Source: an uncultured beta proteobacterium
Lineage (GTDB): Bacteria > Pseudomonadota > Gammaproteobacteria > Burkholderiales > Burkholderiaceae
NCBI GenBank assembly: GCA_903875135.1
Contig: CAIQUZ010000037.1
Location: 19,606-83,605 of the forward strand
Direction: 5' to 3'
DNA length: 64,000 nucleotides
Position 1 is the stretch's first letter. Each line of letters starts with the position of its first letter. The position numbers and the translations under genes were made by a program. Positions 58,536 to 64,000 of the stretch are shown piece by piece. A model generated the notes under the pieces. It saw only the letters and a program-made list of their open reading frames with translations, had not been told where the DNA came from and ran no database searches.

Positions 58536-58671
58536 ACCATCTCCATCTATCTATGTTTTCTTTTCAATAGAATAACTGATTCTTCTTGTTGTTAAAGATT
58601 TACCAGGAGAAATATCTACGCTTTTCTTTTTCAAGATGTGCTAATCTGAAAGAAAAAATGAGGAGACATCA

Positions 58672-59643
58672 ATGCAAGGTCATTGGATAAGAAAGTTCGC
58701 TTTTTTGCTATTGTTATTGCTACTTTCATTTTGGGGAAATGCTCAAGAATTTCCCAATAAAACAATTCGTATTATTGTTCCATTTGCTCCAGGTGGTTCT
58801 AATGATGTGGTGATGCGATTACTTGCGCCTTCACTCTCTGAGGAGCTTGGTCAAGCTGTCGTTGTAGAAAATCGTCCTGGTGGAGGTGCGACCATCGGCA
58901 TGGATGTTGTCGCCAAATCAAAACCTGATGGCTATACCTTAGGTGTTGCCAATACCTCATTTGGTGCAAATCCATTTGTAATGGGCAAAATGCCCTTTGA
59001 CACCTTAAAGGACTTTACTCCTGTTTGTCTTGTCGGCAAAGTACCGCTCGTCGTTGTTGTTAACCCAGCGCTACCGGTTAAAAATATCAAAGAATTAATC
59101 GACTTCGCCAAAAAAAATCCTGACGCCATTAATTACGGATCTGCGGGAAATGCCAGTGCGCCACACTTGGCTGGTGCTTTATTTGAATATGTAACTGGCG
59201 CCAAGATGACCCACATCCCTTATAAAAGCGGTGGCGAGGCTACTGCAGCGTTACTCGGCAATGTCACGCAATTACAATTTGCTGCAGTTCCTTCCGCTAT
59301 TCAACAAATCCGGTCTAACCGTTTAATCCCCCTTGCAGTAACCACTCTCGATCGCGATGAAAGCCTACCTGAAGTACCAACCGTAGATCAATCTGGGGTA
59401 AAGGATTTTGATATGGCCGACTGGATTGGTATCGTAGTGCCTAACGGGACCCCAGATCCAATCGTTAAAAGACTCAATGAAGCCTTTACTAAAGCGCTTC
59501 TTAAACCTGAAAATCGTGCCAATTTATCTAAAGCTGGCACACGCCCGATTGGCGGATCTCCTGAGGACTTAAAAGCTTTCATCAACAAGGAATTAAATAC
59601 GTGGCAAAAAGTTGTTAAAGCAGCAAATATTAAAATTAATTAA
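58672..59643 (+). CDS. Bug/TctC substrate-binding protein
   Basis: FPNKTIRIIVPFAPGGSND, VENRPGGG, SKPDGYTL, HIPYKSG. Confidence 0.93.
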   Translation: MQGHWIRKFAFLLLLLLLSFWGNAQEFPNKTIRIIVPFAPGGSNDVVMRLLAPSLSEELGQAVVVENRPGGGATIGMDVVAKSKPDGYTLGVANTSFGANPFVMGKMPFDTLKDFTPVCLVGKVPLVVVVNPALPVKNIKELIDFAKKNPDAINYGSAGNASAPHLAGALFEYVTGAKMTHIPYKSGGEATAALLGNVTQLQFAAVPSAIQQIRSNRLIPLAVTTLDRDESLPEVPTVDQSGVKDFDMADWIGIVVPNGTPDPIVKRLNEAFTKALLKPENRANLSKAGTRPIGGSPEDLKAFINKELNTWQKVVKAANIKIN

Positions 59644-59658
59644 TAAGGATGAGTCAAA

Positions 59659-60372
59659 ATGCATCGAATTGGCATGTTATTACCAGCAACAAACATTGCT
59701 GTTGAAATTGAACTAAATCGTGTTTTACCAAAAAATTATCAACTCTTTATTTCAAGACTCAAAGTCAGTTCAGTCGATGAAAATGGCTGGAAAGAGCACG
59801 ATGCTGACATGGACTACCAAACCGAGTTAATTGCAACCATCAAGCCAGAAGTGATTGTGATGCTTCAAACTGCCGCCAGCTTCTATGGCGATGGTAACTA
59901 CGATGCTGATGTCGTCAAAAGAATTTCTGCAATCGCCAAGATACCTGCCATCACTACCGCTCATGCAATTGGCAGAGCTCTGAATGCTTTAGGTGCCAAA
60001 AAAATCGCCATGCTCTCCCCCTACAACGGAAATCTCGTGAGTCGTGCCCAAGAATACTATCGACGCATCCACCATCTTGACATTGTGAATGCTGAATTTT
60101 TTAATATGACAGATGTCAAAAAAATTATCGAATTAGGGCCTGAACCAGCTGCAATTGCAATCGAAAAATTAGCCCTAACAAAACCTGATGCCATTATTTT
60201 AGCTGGCGGTGCGTATCAAATCATGGACCAGATTGACACTTGGGAAAAGAAATTTGGATGCAACATCGTCTCAACCAACCAAGCCGCTATCTGGGGCTCC
60301 ATACAAGCTTTGGGTGGTACAGAAAAAATTTCAGGTTACGGAAAAATCCTTGAGATGATGCCTCGGGGTTAA
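59659..60372 (+). CDS. Asp/Glu racemase-superfamily protein (maleate isomerase / arylmalonate decarboxylase-like) lacking both catalytic Cys
   Basis: RIGMLLPATN..VEIE, ALNALGAKKIAMLSPY, VSTNQAAIW; Gln70 and Gly183 at the usual Cys positions. Confidence 0.85.
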   Translation: MHRIGMLLPATNIAVEIELNRVLPKNYQLFISRLKVSSVDENGWKEHDADMDYQTELIATIKPEVIVMLQTAASFYGDGNYDADVVKRISAIAKIPAITTAHAIGRALNALGAKKIAMLSPYNGNLVSRAQEYYRRIHHLDIVNAEFFNMTDVKKIIELGPEPAAIAIEKLALTKPDAIILAGGAYQIMDQIDTWEKKFGCNIVSTNQAAIWGSIQALGGTEKISGYGKILEMMPRG

Positions 60373-60394
60373 AAATAATGGGCGAGCTTGTCGA

Positions 60395-61471
60395 CTAAAG
60401 TGGTAAGCGAACAGATTGACCAGTCGCAACTGCTTTTTCGATGGCTAAGGTCGTTTCCAGGTTTTTTCGCGCCTGTATAGGTGTGCAGTGAACAGTCTTT
60501 TTCCCAGTCACCAATTGATCAAGCCAGGACCTTGTCTCATTCCCAAGAGATCCCCAAAAATCACCACATGCCCAGTCACCTGCAGTGTTACTCCCTAAGA
60601 AAGCCATATTGACGGCATGATCAGGCACATAAGCATGAGGTATCCCTCGATCCGAAAACAAAATGTGATCCATATGATCATCATCAATGATCATGGTTCC
60701 TTCAAGCCCTAACAACTCCAGTCGATCCGATTGCCCTAAGGTTGGATATGTCGCAGGTAAGGCATAACTAATACCTAAATTAATCACCGCCCCATCCGAA
60801 AAGGTAATAATGGCCCAAGTGACGTCATCCGCACCAAAGCCTGCGGCTTTAAAAATACCTGATTGACCGCGTGCAACAATCTCAACTGGATAACATTGAT
60901 CCTCGAGTAACCAGCACATTAAATCAACGTAATACGTCAACACATCAACGACTGGGGTAGCATGAGGATCTCTTTTTAAGATCGAAAATGCTTGTGATCG
61001 AGAGTTATAAACTCGTGCAGTTCCACCCACAATCTTTCCCAACCGCTGATGGAGCATTTGTTCTTTAGCACGCAAATAGCACTCTTTAAACCTGCGGCTA
61101 TAGCCAATATGTAAGCTGCCATTAGTTTCTTGCAAAACTTTTAAGATTCGATCTGCGTCTTGTAAATTCATCGCAAGAGGTTTTTCTACGAGCACGGGTT
61201 TACCCAACTCTAAGGCCTTGATAATCGGTGCTACATGATGATTTTCTGGCGTAGAAACAAACACTGCATTCACTTGAGGATGCCCAATAATCTCTTCATT
61301 ATTGGTCGAGTAATAATCGGCTTCAGATAGTTCCGCTAACTTTTTAGCCTGACTGATATCTTGATCAGAAATCGCCAAAAAATCGACGCAAGGATGTTGT
61401 GAGGCTAAGCGAGCCCGTAATGTCCCTATACGACCTGAACCGATCACTCCAATGCCTAATGGCTTACTCAT
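60395..61471 (-). CDS. Gfo/Idh/MocA-family oxidoreductase
   Basis: GIGVIGSGRIG, VFVSTPENHH, VLVEKPLA, IGYSRRF. Confidence 0.92.
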   Translation of the reverse strand: MSKPLGIGVIGSGRIGTLRARLASQHPCVDFLAISDQDISQAKKLAELSEADYYSTNNEEIIGHPQVNAVFVSTPENHHVAPIIKALELGKPVLVEKPLAMNLQDADRILKVLQETNGSLHIGYSRRFKECYLRAKEQMLHQRLGKIVGGTARVYNSRSQAFSILKRDPHATPVVDVLTYYVDLMCWLLEDQCYPVEIVARGQSGIFKAAGFGADDVTWAIITFSDGAVINLGISYALPATYPTLGQSDRLELLGLEGTMIIDDDHMDHILFSDRGIPHAYVPDHAVNMAFLGSNTAGDWACGDFWGSLGNETRSWLDQLVTGKKTVHCTPIQARKNLETTLAIEKAVATGQSVRLPL

Positions 61472-61623
61472 CCCGACCTCCTATCGAATCCTAGAATATT
61501 AACACCTCCCTCAAGGACAATCTTCGCAATAAGATGCTGATTGGATTATTTAATATAATTGTAAAGAATTTAATAATAAATACATATGGAGACATTCAAT
61601 CAACACTTCCTCAAGTGCTGATG

Positions 61624-61641
61624 AGATGTTATATAGCATCT
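61624..61641. promoter_or_regulatory. 18-bp near-perfect palindrome AGATGTTATATAGCATCT (candidate operator, GntR-like shape)
   Basis: One mismatched pair; 20 nt upstream of the bug ATG in a divergent intergenic region. Confidence 0.45.
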
Positions 61642-61661
61642 GACAACCTTAAAGGCCTTTT

Positions 61662-62627
61662 ATGAAATGGATCTTTAGTATTACATTGGCTGTTCAATCA
61701 TTTTTTTTAACTCCGATCTTTGCTGCAGATCCTTTCCCAAATAAGCCTCTTCGAATCATTGTTCCTTTAGCTCCAGGCGCAACCGCAGATTACCTAGCAA
61801 GATCACTCTCCGTTGAATTAAGTAAGTCGCTTGGTCAAACGGTCATTGTCGAAAACAAACCTGGTGGCAATCAAATCATCGGAACCAATGAACTGGCCAA
61901 ATCCAATCCCGATGGTTACACCATGGGACTGGCGATTACATCATTAATGATCAATCCTTACGTGGCAAAAAACATCCCCTACGATGCCATGAAAGACCTC
62001 ATCCCACTAGCGATGTTAGGCGTTATGCCAGGCCTAGTCACTGTGCATCCAAGTATTCCTGTAAAAAACATCACCGAACTCGTTGCTTACGCAAAAGCAC
62101 ACCCAGGAGAGCTTGCTTATGGACAGCCGGGTGGATTATCTTCTGGACATCTTACGATGGAGTTTTTAAAAAAAGAAGCCGGTATCGATCTTTTAAGTGT
62201 TCCCTATAAGGGTGGTGGGCCTGCTTTAACCGATCTTCTTGCCGGACGATTCCAAGTCTTTATCAATAGCCCAACTGCCACCCTTCCGTATGTAAAATCT
62301 GGCAACATTCGAGCGATTGCAACAACAGGATCCATGCGCCCAGTTGCTTTATCAGATATTCCAACGATCGCTGAATCGGGTTACCCCAATGTTGTCACGA
62401 ACGAATGGTACGCTTTGTTTCTTCCAGCAAAAACCCCCACACCAATCGTAAATCAACTGAATGCAGAAATTGTAAAAATTATGAATGGTCCCATCATGCA
62501 AAAACGACTCACTGATATTGGCGCGGAAACATTTACCGACAATCCAGAACAATTTGCTAAATTTATTGCCAAAGAAGATCAATTTTGGGGCAAACTCATC
62601 AAATCCCTAAACATCAAACCTGAATAA
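61662..62627 (+). CDS. Bug/TctC substrate-binding protein
   Basis: FPNKPLRIIVPLAPGATAD, VENKPGG, SNPDGYT, VPYKGGGPA. Confidence 0.93.
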   Translation: MKWIFSITLAVQSFFLTPIFAADPFPNKPLRIIVPLAPGATADYLARSLSVELSKSLGQTVIVENKPGGNQIIGTNELAKSNPDGYTMGLAITSLMINPYVAKNIPYDAMKDLIPLAMLGVMPGLVTVHPSIPVKNITELVAYAKAHPGELAYGQPGGLSSGHLTMEFLKKEAGIDLLSVPYKGGGPALTDLLAGRFQVFINSPTATLPYVKSGNIRAIATTGSMRPVALSDIPTIAESGYPNVVTNEWYALFLPAKTPTPIVNQLNAEIVKIMNGPIMQKRLTDIGAETFTDNPEQFAKFIAKEDQFWGKLIKSLNIKPE

Positions 62628-62636
62628 AATATATCT

Positions 62637-63413
62637 ATGACCCCCATTTACCCTGACTTAAAAAATAAAGTTGTCCTCGTTACCGGTGGTTCTAAGGGAA
62701 TCGGCTTTGCTATTGCCAGTGCATTTGCAGCGCAGGGCTGTGCGCTTCGTTTAGTCGCTAGAGATTCCGTTTCATTAGAGCAAGCACATCAAAAAATAAC
62801 AAAAGAATATGGTGTCGAAGTGAAGTCAATGGCGGTGAATTTATCGAATGACGCAAATATTGATCAATTAGCGCCTTTTTTTCCTGAGATAGATATCTTG
62901 ATCAACTCAGCAGGTGCGATGGGTCGTGGCAACCTTCAAGAAATTAATCCAGAAAAGTTTCGGGATGCTTGGGAAGGTAAGGTGATGTCCACCATCTTCT
63001 TAACGCGAAGAATTTATCCATTGATGAAGCAACGTCCCGATGGTGGCGCTATTGTTAACATTATTGGTATTGCCGCAGATCGCTTGAACTTTAAATCCAT
63101 CGGAACAACAACAGCGAACGCCGCCCTTGTTGCTTTTACTAAAGCAATGGGCTCAGAGAGTACGAATGACAATATACGGATTAATGGTATCAATCCAGGT
63201 TTAATCAGGACACCAAGAACAGAAGTACTAATCAATCCAACCTCGGATGCAGATCGTAAAGCGTATGAAAACCTCATGAAGAACTTACCCTACGGAAGAA
63301 TGGGCGAAGCTTCAGAAATTGCTAGCCTTGCGGTTTTTCTGGCGTCAAAACAAGCCTCTTATATTAGTGGAGATGTCATCACAGTTGATGGCGGCTCACG
63401 CTATCGTTATTGA
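62637..63413 (+). CDS. Short-chain dehydrogenase/reductase with atypical catalytic motif
   Basis: TGGSKGIG, LINSAG, RINGINPG, YISGDVITVDGG; GTTANAAL replaces YxxxK. Confidence 0.9.
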   Translation: MTPIYPDLKNKVVLVTGGSKGIGFAIASAFAAQGCALRLVARDSVSLEQAHQKITKEYGVEVKSMAVNLSNDANIDQLAPFFPEIDILINSAGAMGRGNLQEINPEKFRDAWEGKVMSTIFLTRRIYPLMKQRPDGGAIVNIIGIAADRLNFKSIGTTTANAALVAFTKAMGSESTNDNIRINGINPGLIRTPRTEVLINPTSDADRKAYENLMKNLPYGRMGEASEIASLAVFLASKQASYISGDVITVDGGSRYRY

Positions 63414-63444
63414 ACTATTACCACCTATTTGAAAGAAGATTATT

Positions 63445-64000
63445 ATGAAATATCGCTTACTTGGCCCCACCGGTTTATATGTCTCCGAACTATGTCTAGG
63501 AACAATGACATTTGGTAACCAAGGTCATTGGTCCGTTATGGGCGGCTTGCAACAAAAAGAAGTTAATACACTCGTACATACTGCTTTTGATCAAGGTATT
63601 AATTTTATTGATACTGCCAATGTGTACTCCTTCGGCGAGTCAGAGTCTTATTTAGGACAAGCCTTAAAAGACTGTCAATTGCCAAGAGATCAGATCATTA
63701 TTGCCACTAAGTCGACGGGCATTATGAATGAAACACCGAACGGTCGTGGCCAATCACGCCACCATATTTTTAATGAAGTCGACGCGAGTTTAAAAAGACT
63801 TCAACTCGACTATATCGACCTCTATCAATTTCATGGCTTTGATCCGCTCACCCGATTAGAAGAATCTTTAGCTGCATTAAATGACCTCGTACGCAGCGGT
63901 AAGATCCGATACATAGGACTTTGTAATATGGCAGCTTGGCAAATCATGAAAGCCTTAGGTATTTCACGAGCCAAAAACTACAGCGAATTTATTAGCGTAC
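63445..64000 (+). CDS. Aldo/keto reductase (5' part; runs off the right edge)
   Basis: Not in the ORF track; my translation from ATG 63445 gives MKYRLLGPTGLYVSELCLGTMTFG...GINFIDTANVYSFGESE...IATK...SLKRLQLDYIDLYQFHGFD...GKIRYIG. Confidence 0.95.
   Translation, partial: MKYRLLGPTGLYVSELCLGTMTFGNQGHWSVMGGLQQKEVNTLVHTAFDQGINFIDTANVYSFGESESYLGQALKDCQLPRDQIIIATKSTGIMNETPNGRGQSRHHIFNEVDASLKRLQLDYIDLYQFHGFDPLTRLEESLAALNDLVRSGKIRYIGLCNMAAWQIMKALGISRAKNYSEFISV

Noticed and set aside
148-63277. Numerous 60-135 aa ORFs in the track overlapping the main genes (e.g. 148-402, 3778-4059, 14367-14714, 27480-27887, 55032-55391)
   Set aside because: Antisense or out-of-frame shadows of well-supported genes, with no recognisable motifs
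1-64000. Mobile elements, prophage, CRISPR, defence systems, tRNA/rRNA, frameshifted pseudogenes
   Set aside because: No transposase, integrase, repeat-spacer array or structural RNA signature seen; intergenic gaps are all under 280 nt and all long ORFs appear intact

Overview
64 kb of densely coding, roughly 40% GC (by eye) DNA from a Burkholderiales-like betaproteobacterium. The lineage is inferred from five Bug/TctC solute-binding genes and the urtABCDE-ureDAJBC gene order; Polynucleobacter-like is plausible but unproven. The window is a catabolic/nutrient-scavenging region, and I saw no rRNA, tRNA, CRISPR array or mobile element. Left to right: (1) urease (ureC cut by the window edge) and the Urt urea ABC transporter, with tandem NtrC-like boxes upstream; (2) a 13-gene operon of unknown substrate (Mo-hydroxylase LMS, Bug, Rid, hydantoinase/oxoprolinase A+B, ALDH, ComDE-like split ThDP decarboxylase, thioesterase, CoA ligase, Zn-free MDR reductase); (3) LysR and a five-gene aorABC-moaD-orf operon resembling the tungsten aldehyde oxidoreductase of Aromatoleum; (4) divergent Bug, ThDP decarboxylase and PhdK-like ALDH; (5) the most striking locus: a second Mo-hydroxylase split across a divergent promoter, a NitT/TauT ABC transporter, a barbiturase-like Toblerone-fold amidohydrolase and an AtzH/HpxZ-like gene, together suggesting oxidative pyrimidine (or related cyclic ureide) degradation feeding urease; (6) a secreted alpha/beta hydrolase, orphan prpB, Bug and an atypical 773-aa amidase; (7) a prokaryotic pentameric ligand-gated ion channel with an anion-channel-like M2 start; (8) an Fdh1AB-type (probably W) formate dehydrogenase with an OFA-family transporter; (9) an IolD-related ThDP enzyme, cupin, cysteine-less racemase-fold protein, Gfo/Idh/MocA, SDR and a truncated aldo/keto reductase. 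Family calls come from motifs read by eye and compared with recalled reference sequences; substrates are inferences.
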